Below are positions 12,601 to 24,510 of a stretch of DNA of 56,378 nt, piece after piece (the stretch's first letter is position 1; every line of letters starts with the position of its first letter). The notes beneath the pieces are model-generated. The model did not search any database. It was given only the letters and a program-made list of their open reading frames with translations, and was not told the DNA's origin. Made by a program: the position numbers and the translations under genes. The stretch is from NCBI RefSeq assembly GCF_004010195.1, contig NC_057718.1, positions 2,310,458 to 2,366,835 on the forward strand. The letters are read 5' to 3'. The stretch comes from Chiloscyllium plagiosum (taxonomy: Eukaryota).

Positions 12601-15600
12601 TGGGTTAGTGGGAAACTAACCAGCAGAGAGATGGAAGGAAGGATTGATTTAATGTCCTTTTATTTAACATCCTCTGTGTTCGGTTCCAACTGTAACACAC
12701 CATATTTGATTTATTTATTTTTACACCAGTGAAAAGTGTTGCCACACTCCGGGACCATCTTAAAACACAGAAAAATAAACCAAAACATAGAATATAAAGG
12801 CAGAAAAATAAAGAAATAAAGAAAAAGTGTTAAACTTTACACTCCTTCTCAAGTGCTCCACCATGGCCAGACATGAGTCCCCTCCACCGCACCACTGCTG
12901 CAGAAACTAAAGACACCAGCCTTCAGCGCCATCTCACTTCCACCAGTGCCCTCACCACTGAGTCCTCACTGCACGTCGTCAATACAGACCCTACCAATGT
13001 CACCGGGTACCACACCAGCTCAAACCCGGCTCCACCGCCATAGCCATATCAATGCCTGCCGGTGATATTTATGTCAGTGTGATTTGCTATCACAGCGAGA
13101 TCCCAAACACTTTGAGCTGAGGAGCTGTCTGGTCAGATTCGGGTGGGGGTGGTTTAGGGAGAACTGTTAACACAGACACTAAAGAACCTGCTGCTCTACA
13201 CCACCATGTGATGTTCTCGGTGAGGCATCAACCTCAGATTGTCAGCTGCATTTCATTTACCCCATGTCAACCCTGGATATTCAAGCACACATTTTATTAC
13301 ACAATATATACACATACATCGTATATTATATGTATATACATTGTATATACAGTGGATTGTTTTGCTTTCCTTTGTTTGGTAAATTTTATTTTCGTTTGTT
13401 CAAAACCACCATATCTTTATTCTCTTACTACCTGCCTTAGTCAAACATTGTCTATTTTACGTGCAGTGTAATGTTTGGGAGACATTAGCCTAATGGTATT
13501 ATCACTGGACTGTAATGTAATGATCTGAGGATCCAAGTTTGAATCCTGCCATGGCAGATGGTGGGAATTGAATTAAATAGAAATCTGGAATTAAGGATCT
13601 AATGGGGAATCATTATAATAATTCATAAGCCATGAATCCATTGTTGATTGTCAGGAAAAACCCATCTGGGCCACTAATGTCCTTTAGGGAAGGAAACTGC
13701 CATCCTTACCTGGTCTGGCCTACATGTGACTCCAGACCCACAGCAACGTGGGTGACTCTTAAGTGCCCTCTGGGCAATTAGGGATGGGCAATAAATGCTG
13801 GACTGGCCAGAGACACCCCCACATCCCATGAATGAAAGCATAGATAAATAAATTTTGTCCCTTGTCAGTCCGTTACATAGATTTGTCAGTCAGTTCTCAT
13901 TAAGGATCATCAGAAGAATTTTTGGGAATGGATGAACAAGTTTGTCCGTGTTACTCAGCATTTCACCCTTTCTGTTTTCTCTTTCAGAGTCTTCCAGCAA
14001 CAAGGAAAAGGTATGAACAGCTCCTGGCTGCCCCTCGCTTTCTGAATTTTTCCAGACTCCATACTTAGAAGTGGTATGGTGGCTCAGTGGTCAGCACTGT
14101 TGCCTCACAGTACCAGGGTCCCAGGTTCGGTTCCAGCCTCCGGCGACTGTCTGTGTGGAGTTTGCACATTCTCCCTGTGTCTGCGTGGGTTTCCTCCGGG
14201 TGCTCCGGTTTCCTCCCACAGTCCAAAGATGTGCAGGTCAAGTGAATTGGCCATGCTAAATTGTCCGTAGTGTTAGGTGCATTAATCAGAGGGAAATGGG
14301 TGTGGGTGGGTTACTCTTTGGAGGGTGTGGACTTGTTGGGCTGAAGGGCTTGTGTCCACACTGTGGGGAATCTAATCTAATCTTAGCTCCTTCCCTGAGT
14401 GAGTTCATGGAGGTGAACCATCAGACTCGTGACCCTGTGATGATGGGCAGAGGTTTGATGAGGCCAGCTAACCTCTTTCTCGGGAGTGCTGAGTAACCCC
14501 GATACTGAAATTACCGGAGCTGAGCCTGGTCTGAGCTGCTCGGCAGCAGGAGCCGGAACATTTGAGCTAAAAGGTTGTGGGAGGAAATCTCAGACACAAA
14601 CACGACTGAGTGTCTCCTGCAGCACTGAGGAATGTAGCATGGCATGGCCTGATCAGGCCATTCAGCCCTGCTATCACTCCCAGCTGTGATGATAAACCGA
14701 GGCCACATCTGCCCTGTTAGATAGAGAAGGAATATCTCCCAGCCACTGGAAGCAGAGGGTGCCTCCCAATGCCCTGACTAATATTTAACCTTCACTAACT
14801 ATCATTCAGCAAGGTGATCTGGCCATTGTTGTTTGCAGATGCTTGAATTTATATTGCGTCTGTTATCACCACAGAGCACCTCCAAGTGCTTTAAGCTAAT
14901 GAGCTGCGTTAGCTATGCACTCAGTGTCGTGATGTGGAATCTGTAAAAACTGATCGCTTCACTCCCTGCATTACAACCTGTGGCTGTGTTACAGAAATAC
15001 CTCATTGGCTGTGAGAGTTCAGAGACTTCGGGTTGAGTCTTGTCAGGACATCAGCAGAATTTAAACCACGTGGGCGGCACAGTGGCACAGTGGTTATCAC
15101 TGCTGCCTCACAGCGCCAGAGACCCGGGTTCAATTCCCGCCTCAGCCGACTGACTGTGTGGAGTTTGCACGTTCTCCCCGTGTCTGCATGGGTTTCCTCC
15201 GGGTGCTCCGGTTTCCTCCCACAGTCCAAAGATGTGCAGGTCAGGTGAATTGGCCATGCTAAATTGCCCGGAGTGTTAGGTAAGGGGTAAATGTAGGGGT
15301 ATGGGTGGGTTGCGCTTTGGCGGGTCGGTGTGGACTTGTTGGGCTGAAGGGCCTGTTTCCACACTGTAATGTAATCTAATCGAATGATTGTGTTGATTTG
15401 AGCCTGGTCTTCATGTGCACTGATCACGAAAAGAGCTGGGGAAAGTTAGGGTGAGGATAAAGAGGTACTTGAGTTTATTATTGGAAGGACAGAAAATGAA
15501 AGCAAAGCAGTGATGGTGAGCTTCAGTCTCGCTGCTCAGCAGGATCACAGAGGACATCCACATCAGTGAAAGCCAACTCTCAGCTACAGGCTCCAGGTGG

Positions 15601-18600
15601 AATCAAAGATGCTGCATTTGTGCTGTGTTTCAAAATGTACATAAACTCCTTAAGAAGAGTTCAAGTGATAGTCAGCTGAACCTTTTTCCTTTGTTTTGGT
15701 TCTTAAATTACTTCCTCCCATCTCAGGGAGAGGCAGAGTTTAAATCAGCAGTTCCTCATTTTTAATGTACAAGAGTGACCTCAGAATGCGTGTGAAGGAG
15801 AACAGCATTAACGCCTCCAACACGTTGTCTGCTTACAGAGCAAACTGCACGCCCCAGTGTCCAGAGACAGTCTCTGCCATGATTAATGTCGGTCGTTATG
15901 TTGGATCATTGCAATACAAAGTCTGGAAGAAGATGCTGAACATGATCAATCCAGGTGTGTAACATATTGGCAATGCATCATTATCCAGCTGTAACATTAT
16001 TCCACTCTGTTATAATAGAATAAAAGGATAAACTCTATTAAGTCTTGCTGAAGCTGTACAAGTTGCTGGCGAGACCACATTTGGATTATTTATTTTAGGG
16101 AAGGTATCATTTCATTGGAGGCAGCTCAGAGAAAATTCACTGGGATGATCCCTGGGATGGAGGGATTGTCTTATGAGCAAAGGTTAAATAGGTTGGGACT
16201 CTTACTGGGGTTTAGAAGTGTGAGAGGCGATCTCATTGAAACCTACAGGATTCTTAAGGGGCTTGACAGGGTCAGTGCTGAGAGAGTGTTCCCCCTCATG
16301 GGAGAGTCTAGGGCCAGAGGGAACAGTGTCAGAATAAAGGGGCACCAATTTCAGACTGAGATGAGGAGGAATTCCTTCTCTCACAGGGCTGTGAGTCTAT
16401 GAAACTCCTTACCACAGAGAACTGTGGGGGCCTGTGTGTATTTAAGACTGAGATAGAGAGATTCTCGATCAGTTAGGGAAACATGGGTTACGGGGCAGCA
16501 GAATAGACCGGGAGCAATGTCGGATCAGCTGTGAACTTGTTGAATGGTGGAGAAGGTTTGAGGGGTTGAATGGCCTCCTCCTGTATCTTTTGTTGTAATC
16601 TTAATGAACTTTTCTATGGAAGATATGCATGTACGTTTTACTATTAAGTACTAACTTCAATTTCAGCATTTCAATTTTCTAACAAATAATGTATACGTTG
16701 AGCTGAGAATGGATTATTGGATATATGGAAATCTGTGACAGTAACTCTCATTTTTAATCAAACCAGGAGAATCAAATCTCTCGCCAGCTAAGAAATGTGT
16801 CTACTATTTGCCTGACTGTAGTATTAAGCTGACCCAGGCTGCTCGCAATCATCCTTGAGGCTTTAGTTGATGCTCTGCAAACCTCCGTTGCCATGACCAC
16901 CAACTTCCATCTTTGTAACATTGTCCCAGTCCTGCCCAAATTCCATCTGTGTGCTGCTGAAACTCTCATCAGCATGTGTGTTACCTCCAAACGTGACCAT
17001 TCTAACTCTCCCTCTGTTTGGCTGTCTTTATCCCACCTTCCAAAATCCCACTGCCTGAAATTCTGCTGCCTCTATATGAGCTCCCACCAAATCCCACTCA
17101 CTATTCCCTCTGTGCTCACTCACCCACGCTGACTCTGGTCAAGTAATGCAGCAATTGTAACAGTTCACACAGAGTGAATCTCCATCAAACTGAAATATCA
17201 ACCGACTCTCTGCAGATAGAGCCAGTGACAGGAACTGGCTTCCATGCTCATGTTGACTTGCTGCTTCACCAGATGGTTGCCACTTCCAAATCCTTCCATT
17301 CCTCAGCTCCCCCTACCTCCCTCCAGCCCCCATCACCCTCCAGCCCCCATCAACCCCAGCCCCAGACCCCTCCAAGGTGTCTACACACCGGGAATTCTGG
17401 CCTCTTGAGCATTCCCCCTCCAATTCCCATTGCTCTGTCTTTGTCAGGTGTACATTGAGCTGATGAGGACCTAACTTGGGAATTCCCTGCCAGAAACTCC
17501 TTGTCCTCCTTCAATCTTATCTCTTTGAACAAGTTTTGGGCCAAATATGCTCTTTGTTCAGCTCAATGTCAAGTGTAAACTTATTACACTCCTGTGATGG
17601 TACCAAGCTTAGATAAACTCAATTGTTATTGGAATAAATAGGAATAGAAATGAGAAAAGTTATATGTTCACAATTGATTGGCTCCTCTGGATTATTGTCC
17701 AGACAGGAGGAACACTTTCTATTATTCTGAGTGTCGCTGCTTGGGCCAGCACTTATTGATCAAACCTAATTACCCAGAGGGAAGGTAAGTCAACCACGTT
17801 CCTCTGGTCTGGAGTCCCATATAGGTCAGACAAGGTAAGGAAGGTGGATTGCCTTTCCTGAAGGACATTTGTGTTATTTTTTTGGGACAGTTAACAATGA
17901 TTACTTGGTTACTGTATGGCCACCTCTTATTCCAGATTTATTTATCAATTGAATTCAAATGTCACTGTCTGCCATGATGGGATTCAAACCTATGTCCTTC
18001 AGAACATGACCTGGAATTCTGGATTCTAGCCCAGTGACTGCCCCAGTACCTCCTCATGAACTCCTCCAGGACATGATCTGCTTTCCACATCCCTACAGCC
18101 TGTTATTAGACATATACATGTATGTGTGTGACCAGCAGTACTCTCGTTTGACATTTAACACTTTGTGAAGAGCTCAGCCTTAACTTCTCGTTCTCTGTCC
18201 CTTCAGCCTCTGTGACCCTGGACCCAAACACAGCAGCTCCTTGGCTCTCTCTGTCGCAGGATTTGACCATGATGGGATACAGCCCCAACAAACAACTGCT
18301 GCCAGACAATCCAGAGCGGTTTGACTCCTGTGTTTCGGTGCTGGGATTGGAGGGGTACAGTTCAGGTCAGCACCACTGGGACGTGGACGTGAGGGGGCAG
18401 AGCAGTTGGTGTTTAGGAGTGGCCCAAGAATCCATCCAGAGGAAAGGAATCATCAAGGTGGATCCAGAGAATGGTTTCTGGGCCATTGGGCTGATGGATG
18501 GGAATGAATACTATGCGTGCACCTCACCTTGGCGCACAGAGCTCAGCATTAATCCCAAGATCATCCGTGTTTGTCTGGATTACAAAGCTGGACAGGTGTC

Positions 18601-18754
18601 TTTTTATAACCTTGAAGACATGACCCTACTCTACACCTTCACAGACACCTTTACAGAGAAGCTGTATCCTTATTTCTGTCCGTACCTCCTCCAAGACACT
18701 AATAACATTTCACTCATGAAGATCTATCCTCGGAAGGTGATTTTACAGGATTAA
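3215..18754 (+). CDS. TRIM35: TRIM-family E3 ubiquitin ligase (RING, B-box, coiled-coil, PRY/SPRY), TRIM35-like; 6 coding exons, 476 aa
   Basis: Exons of 414+96+234+23+116+548 nt = 1431 nt splice in frame with GT-AG introns. The 96/~231/23/~116 internal exon sizes are typical of PRY-SPRY TRIM genes. The symbol rests mainly on adjacency to STMN4, as in human. Confidence 0.85.
4165..4440 (-). mobile_element. Decayed CR1-type 3-prime tail
   Basis: Reverse complement of the ..gggttgaatggtctattcctgctcct tail shared with other copies. Confidence 0.55.
4595..5055 (+). mobile_element. Penelope-like element 3-prime fragment (GIY-YIG endonuclease C-terminus plus terminal repeat with hammerhead motif)
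   Basis: EHL..PVAEHFNSPSHS..RRLEEERLIFRLGTLQPQGMN, pyrimidine-rich UTR, then CTGAAGA-A-GGGC-TTAT-GCCT-GAAA at 5025-5048. Confidence 0.85.
5476..5782 (+). mobile_element. HE1-like V-SINE, full length
   Basis: A-box tggcacagtgg, B-box gggttcaattcc, V-domain, CR1-like tail; nearly identical to 15073-15382. Confidence 0.92.
6490..6640. repeat. Imperfect (CA)n/(CT)n microsatellite
   Basis: Direct inspection. Confidence 0.85.
7380..7690 (-). mobile_element. 3-prime end of a second LINE family (CR1/L2 group); related copies at 9885-10180(+), 21425-21925(-), 25960-26210(+), 35215-35645(-), 42015-42115(-)
   Basis: Shared tail gcagcggttcaagaaggcagctcacc..gggcaataaatgctgg..catcccatgaatga. Confidence 0.75.
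8786..8881 (+). CDS. TRIM35: TRIM35-like exon 2 (coiled-coil, 96 nt)
   Basis: ttctttcag|GAA..ATCAAA|gtaagt; EELKILMKSLQSKMVKFSAIRNEYELTLKHIK; absent from the ORF track. Confidence 0.92.
9373..9543 (+). mobile_element. Foldback Penelope-derived mini-element with 16-bp TSD
   Basis: TSD ctcatagtgaaggtcc at 9357-9372 and 9544-9559; inverted arms; degenerate hammerhead core. Confidence 0.8.
10439..10616 (+). mobile_element. Foldback Penelope-derived mini-element with 16-bp TSD, nested in another Penelope-type end (10215-10350, minus)
   Basis: TSD tagatggttcctgtgc at 10423-10438 and 10617-10632. Confidence 0.8.
10860..11355 (-). mobile_element. CR1 LINE 3-prime fragment
   Basis: Reverse complement encodes KLERVQKKFTRM-like sequence plus the tail. 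Confidence 0.8.
12030..12290. mobile_element. Palindromic Penelope-derived element, second family; relatives at 19670-19850, 23055-23225, 26540-26610, 27450-27552, 47810-48045, 54600-54750
   Basis: Arms gagaaactcagcaggtctgg / ccagacccgctgagtttct around CTGATGA..GAAA; ends ~30 nt before the TRIM exon 3 acceptor. Confidence 0.7.
12322..12555 (+). CDS. TRIM35: TRIM35-like exon 3 (coiled-coil, 234 nt)
   Basis: ttctaacag|AGC..TTACTG|gtaagt; SQASGTEKQIKQEFQKLHCFLHREE..SALFLL. Confidence 0.93.
13485..13837 (+). mobile_element. Second tRNA-derived SINE family; decayed minus copies at ~17740-18050, 24820-25060, 36510-36830, 41500-41850, 48810-49040, 50120-50620
   Basis: A-box-like tagcctaatgg, B-box-like gtttgaatcc, core agggaaggaaactgccatccttacctggtctggcctacatgtgactccaga, tail shared with the 44180-45010 LINE. 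Confidence 0.75.
13988..14010 (+). CDS. TRIM35: TRIM35-like exon 4 (23-nt micro-exon)
   Basis: Long pyrimidine tract, ctttcag|AGTCTTCCAGCAACAAGGAAAAG|gtatga; bridges phase 0 to phase 2 as required. Confidence 0.88.
14070..14382 (+). mobile_element. HE1-like V-SINE
   Basis: tRNA head, V-domain, tctaatctaatc tail. Confidence 0.9.
15073..15382 (+). mobile_element. HE1-like V-SINE, full length
   Basis: tRNA head, V-domain, tail; near-identical to 5476-5782. Confidence 0.92.
15839..15954 (+). CDS. TRIM35: TRIM35-like exon 5 (116 nt)
   Basis: gcttacag|A GCA AAC..AAT CCA G|gtgtgt; ANCTPQCPETVSAMINVGRYVGSLQYKVWKKMLNMINP. Confidence 0.9.
16040..16600 (+). mobile_element. CR1 LINE 3-prime fragment
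   Basis: EAAQRKFTGMIPGMEGLSYEQRLNRLG..RGDLIETYRILKGLDRV. Confidence 0.85.
16880..17620 (+). mobile_element. Old L2-clade LINE 3-prime fragment
   Basis: FHLCNI..AAETLISMCVTSKRDHSN resembles L2 FHLRNI..AETLIHAFVTSRLDYSN. Confidence 0.6.
18207..18754 (+). CDS. TRIM35: TRIM35-like exon 6: PRY/SPRY (B30.2) domain
   Basis: cccttcag|CC TCT GTG ACC CTG GAC; motifs LDPNTA, ERFD, HWDVDV, LDY; stop TAA 18752-18754. Confidence 0.95.
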
Positions 18755-18889
18755 TGCCATTAGACTGGACACGGTCAAACGGTTTCTCAAGCACTTGTTC
18801 TCCGGTGAAATTCCCAGTATTATCGCACTTTGGGCGAAGAGAGAGCAGCACTTAATTTCCCTTCAAACACAGAGTGCTACCTGAGGCTA

Positions 18890-18891
<2 letters not shown>

Positions 18892-18943
<52 letters not shown>
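18892..18943. repeat. Perfect (TG)n microsatellite (~26 units) in the probable TRIM 3-prime UTR
   Basis: Direct inspection. Confidence 0.95.
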
Positions 18944-18945
<2 letters not shown>

Positions 18946-19376
18946 CACACCCATCCTGCACTCTGTCCCTCAACAGAATCCCATCAGAATGTAATGACAA
19001 TGGATCCCATAAAGAAACCTTTAGAAATAGCTTAAATAGAACTGGAAAGAGGCCATTAGACCCACTATACCTGTGCCAGCCCTGTAAATGATTGTAGACC
19101 ATTTACCCATCCTTTCCTAAAGAGCCTTTTCCTTTGTATACATTCACTCTCTTCATTTCAAAGGGATTCTAATTGCATTGCTGAGTATTCTCTGACCTGA
19201 TCTCATGCAGAATGTGTTATATTCTCTTAACCCTTCCCTTTGATCTGTACCCAATGGCATGAAATTTCTGAGTTTTAATGCCAGACGACCAAATCTTGGG
19301 CCAGTTTAAATAGTTTCTCTAAGCTTATCTGGTCAGAACCTTTCAAAATGTGAACTTCTCCATTTAGTTTTGCTTT

Positions 19377-19382
19377 AATAAA
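19377..19382 (+). terminator. Candidate polyadenylation signal of the TRIM gene
   Basis: First AATAAA I found after the stop (~620 nt), but it sits in an A-run; no transcript data. Confidence 0.35.
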
Positions 19383-20043
19383 AAAAATCTAGCTTCCCTC
19401 CGTCCTCACCATTTAAACCTTTGACCTGGAATCGTCTTTCTCCAATATGTTTTTCCTGAAGTAAGGAAGCCAGACCTAGGCGGAATATCCAATCTCTGGG
19501 CCCCTATTTATAAATCCTGTGTGAGAAAGGTCTGGAACTTGATGTTAGATGATCAAACCACTTCCACAGGTCGATTGGCACAAATTAATATTTTCCCATA
19601 TGAGACATGGTAAGAACATGGTCATATCAAAGGAGCAGGCAGAGACCATTCAGCCCCTCCTGTCAGCTCAAGACAAAAAAACTGCAGACGCTGGAATCCA
19701 AGGTAGACAAGCAGGAGGTTGGAAGAACACAGCAAGCCAGGCAGCATCAGAAGTCAACATTTTGGGTTTTGAAGATGAGTCCTGACTTCTCCACCTCCTG
19801 ATTCTACCTGGCTTACTGTGTTCTTCCAGCCTCCTGCTTGTCTGCCACCCATCCGCTCAGAAATTCAGTTACGTCATGGCTGATCTGCTCCTTAATACCA
19901 TTCGCCAGTTCTCCTGCAACTCTGGGAATCCAACAAAATTAAATGTCCATCTCAATCTCCAAACAGCTTCTAATCTGGATTCATTTACATTTGGTAATTC
20001 TTCCATCCGCATTATCTGCCCCAGCTCCGCCCCCCCCACCGGT

Positions 20044-20801
20044 GATCAGTTATTGATTACCAATGATTTGGACTTGAAATTCAACTGAGTACAGGCCCAA
20101 CAACTCAAACTCTCCTCATAACACAGCTCTCCATACCTTATATTGACCAAGCTGGCCATATCCAGACAGCCTCCTGAAGGGATACTTGCTCTGATCTGCA
20201 CCTTTCCAGGGAAGCTGTCTCCCCTAGCTCCTCACCTCTGAATCCCCACCCTCCCTATGAGGGCCTGAACTCATTGTAGTTTGGCAGAGTGAAGCACCAT
20301 GACACATATAAGACTCTTAGGGTTTTGACAGGCTTGATATGGAGAGAGTTGCTTTGAGAGAGTTTATACCAGAGGGTGTAACCTCAGAGTAAAGGGTCAC
20401 ACATTTCAGAAGAGATGAGGAGAAATCTCCCCTATCAGAGAGAAGTGAATAGGTGGGAATTCCTTACCACAGAGGGCTATTGAGACTGGGTCATTAATTA
20501 TATCTAAGGCTGAGACTGACAGATTTTTAATCAGGAAGGGAATCAAGGGTTACAAGGAAAAGGGAGGAAAGTGGAGCTGATGATCAGCCATGATCTTATT
20601 GAATGGTGGAGCAGATTTGATGGGCTGAACGGCATGGAAAAGTGCAGATTGGAGCAAGTATCCCTTCAGGAGGCCTTCTGGACATGGTCAGCTTGGTTGA
20701 TACAGGGTATGGAGAGGCTGTCTTATGAGGAGAGTTTGAGTAGGTTGGGCCTGTACTCATTTGAATTTCAAGTCCAAGTCCGTGGTTAACAATATCTCAT
20801 C
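20044..20801. repeat. ~165-bp inverted duplication (20044-20208 / 20635-20801) around a CR1 tail
   Basis: Arms are reverse complements at roughly 85-90% identity by eye. Confidence 0.85.
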
Positions 20802-21927
20802 ATCTGCTCCAATGTTTCATGGCGCCCCAGGGTCAGTGCTGAAAATATCACAATTTTGAGATGGTCATCAACATCAGGAGCAGAGGACTGTGAGGATTTG
20901 TGCACAGCCTGAGGTCAGAGCCATCCCCTGAAACACAGGCAGATCACACACAGGAACAGCACAGACCACATCAAACAATACACTCACTGACAGTCTGCTC
21001 GCAAAGTGATCAAGGGGCTTTAGTCACTTCAGGATAAAATGAATACAGCAATGTACCATATTTGTAGCCGAGTGAAATGAGGCCTCATTCTGTGGTAATC
21101 TGAGAGAAAGCTGTTTGTCCTGCTAATTGCTCTATCACTGCCAATGCCACGATGCTAAGAGTGTTCCCTGTGGGGCTGGCTGGTCAAATGGTGATGACTG
21201 TTAGTTTGATGGAAAGGGAATAGGATCTAATTGAATCACGCTGGATGCTGGCTTCACTTTGAAAAGGCTTCTGTTTCAACATTGATTCAGAGTGACTGGA
21301 AAAATGGATATTAACCACAGTGACTCCTCATCTCATGGAGCACATTCAATGTTCCAAACGTGCAAAAGAGCTTCACAGAGACAAGGAATGACCAAAAGAA
21401 AAGGAGCTTTGTATTTGTGTGTTAACAGGATGTGGGCGTGGCTGGTTGGCCCAGCATTTATTGCCCGTCCCTAGTTGTCCCTTGAGAAGGTGGGGGTGAG
21501 CTGCCTTCTTGAACCGCTGCAGTCCATGTAGTCCTAATGCCCTTAGGGAGGGAATTCCAGGATTGTGACCCAGTGACAGTGAAGGAATGGTGATATATCT
21601 CCAAGTCCGGATGGTGAGTGGAGAGGAACTTGCAGAGGGTGGTGTTCCCATGTATCTACTGCCCTTGCCCTTCTAGATGGAAGTGATTGTGGGTTTGGAA
21701 GGTGCTGCCTGAGGATCTTTGGTGAATTTCTGCAGTGCATCTTGTAGATAGTGCACAGTGCTGCTACAAGATGCACTGCAGAAATTCACCAAATTCACCA
21801 ATTCACCATCGGTGGGGGAGGGAGTGGATGCTTGAGGATGTGGTGCCAATCAAGCAGCTGCTTTGTCCTGGACGGTGTCAAACTTCTTGAGTGTTGGAGC
21901 TGCACCCATCCAGGCAAGTGGGGAGTA

Positions 21928-22087
21928 CAGGGCAATCTCAATTATCCAAACGACAGGCAGAGCATATTTTGCTTGGATAATCAAATGTTCAGATAACACA
22001 ATTTACCCAAGCATCAAGACCTTGAGATCTTATCTGGATAATCTGAAATTTGGATAAATAGATGTTCGGATAACCGAGGTTGTACTG
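21928..22087. mobile_element. Tc1/mariner (pogo/Tigger-like) MITE
   Basis: TA target duplication; TIRs cagggcaatctcaattatccaaac / gttcggataaccgaggttgtactg; splits LINE sequence ggggagta|ttccatcacactcc. Confidence 0.8.
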
Positions 22088-24254
22088 TATTCCATCACAC
22101 TCCTGACGCCTCAGAGAATGGTGAAACTTTGCAATTCATTGTCTCAGATGACTGTGGAGTCTTAGTCACTGAGGATAGAGATCAATACATTTCTGGTTTC
22201 TAATGTCACCAAGGGATATGGAGATGGTTTGGGATTATGACATTGAGGTGAATGATCAGCCTGATCCAGAATGACTCAGTAGGATCGAGGGGCTGAATGG
22301 ACAACTCCTGCTTGTATTTCCAGTGTGGCTATCCCACTGCTGATTGGGTGGTGGAATTAGGAAGCAAAGTGTGGATATGTTAGGCAGGTAACCAATCACT
22401 GGGTGCTATACTTTAAGAAGCTTTTCAGTGCAGAAGGGCTGAGAGGAGTGAAGTGATTCAGAGAGGTGGCCCCCTGATATCAGAATAGGGAATGCTCTTA
22501 TCCATCTCTGGAAACGGGGAACGCTCCAACCGGCAGGGTGAGGGAGCAGGGCCATGGATGGGGGCAGGGTGAGTACGGTCAGGTAGGGTGGGCTCAACCA
22601 TGCAGAGCTTTGAAACTGAAGGCGACAATATTGAAAGGGGTGTTATTAAATCAACACAAAGAGCCAATATCTAGGGGCTTTCCTTTTGTGGTGCCACTGT
22701 GGCTGTATCCCAATTTTTATTTACAATGATTTCATAGTTAAAAAGCACAGGAGTAGACACTTTGGCCCGTCAATCCCACCTACATTATCCATCTAATCCT
22801 GTTTCAATTCTATGGCTCCATTTCACACTCTCCCAACTTGTGAGAATTTTTATCCTGAATACCAGGTTTCAGTAGATCCCCACATACTTTCCGTTTGAAT
22901 GTCACTCTAATGACCTAAGTCTTTCCAGTTTGTTCCCATTAGGTGGAATTGCAATGCGTTTCATCTTGATCCAATGCCCTGAGGAGTGAGGCAGTGAACA
23001 CAGAGAGATGACCAGGCCACACTCTCCGTGTTCCACCTCAGTTTTGTTTTAAAACAAAAAATACTGGAGAAACTCAGCAGATCAGGCAGCAGCTGTGGAG
23101 AGAGAAACACAGTTAACGTTTCAAGTCCTGTGACCCTCCATCAGCATTTGTCAGATGCTGTGAGAGCTGTTGAGTTTCTCCAGTATTTTCTGATTTAGTT
23201 GCAGAGCTGCAGCATCTGCAGTATATTATATTTCTCTCCCTTGTTTCTGTGATGCTGGGTTTACACAGCCCTGATATTCATTGGTATACTTTATGTGTTT
23301 GAATCTTCACTTGTTCTTTGGGCTCAGGAATTTCTCCTACTTTGGGATTGGATTGAAAGTGCAGCCGTGTTTTTGGGAATTGCACTGTCTTGGTGAGTTG
23401 CTGTTGCATCTGGAAGCCAGAAGGTGGCAGGTTCAAATCATGCTCCGGGCCATCTCTGCCTGGACGTATGAGTCTAACTAACAGGGCTCGTGTGGCCTGT
23501 GGGTGGGTGTCTGGGCCCAGCAAGGGTCATGGTGGAGGTTAAGTAACAGGAAAGTTATCTGGCTGTAAAACATTACCCACATGCAAGGAGTTGATCCATG
23601 GAGCAATCAGATATGGTTGGAACATAAAACCACCAGAAGGGAATCACATTCTGTGATCTAAACACGCCCTCATTTGGATGTGGGAAGGATGTAACAGGGA
23701 GTGTTTAGGAGCAGAAAGCAAATGGATCCTGGTAAAGTCTGCAGGATGCCCCTGAAAGTAAGTTCCCGGTCAGTGCTGTGCCCTGTGGGACCTGTTCAAT
23801 CTCAGCCAGTTTCTCGAGAATTCTGAAACATATTCTTTCTGAGCATGTCCTTGGTTTAGTTAGAAAGGTTAATGTTCCCATGATTGTTGCAGGTCAGTAA
23901 TACCTCGGCAGAGCCTTCTCACTGTGATATTTGTTCTCCTTTATTGAAGCTCCATGAGACCATGACAGGGTTATAACAAAGTGGGAAAGCAACTGCTCCC
24001 ACAATGAGGCTCTGGAACAAGCAAAGTCCCCAAGTGGACAAAGTTTGTGAATTATACAAATTAAAATAAAGATTGATTTTATTTCATTGTTGTCTGGCTG
24101 TTTACAGAATCTATTCTACCTTTATCCTCACTCTTTCCACACATGCAGTCTACAGCACAGTCCATCCAGTCCACCTCTGCAATGGCAGAGATTGTGCTCC
24201 ACACCAACTTCCTCCCAGCTTCCATCATTAAACATTATCAGCACATTGGAATAC

Positions 24255-24510
24255 GTGTGTGTGTGTACTTATGACTGTGCAAATCTGTCTCTGTGTGTCT
24301 GTTTGAGTGATTATGTGATTATGTCTGTGTGTCTGTATGTGTATCTGTGTTTGTGCATCTGTCTGATTGTGTGGTTATGTATGTGTCTGTGTATGTGTGT
24401 GCTTGTGTCTGTGTGTGTAAATCTGTCTTTGTGTATGTGTGAGTGTGTGTATCTGCCTGTATGTTTGTGTGTCTGTATGTATGTATGTGTGTTTCTTGTG
24501 TATGTGTATT
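24255..24510. repeat. Degenerate TG-rich low-complexity tract
   Basis: Direct inspection; source of the spurious Cys/Val ORFs. Confidence 0.85.

Noticed and set aside
20800..21100. Minus-strand two-exon structure
   Set aside because: The implied intron is only 60 nt and all frames of the upstream exon contain stops.
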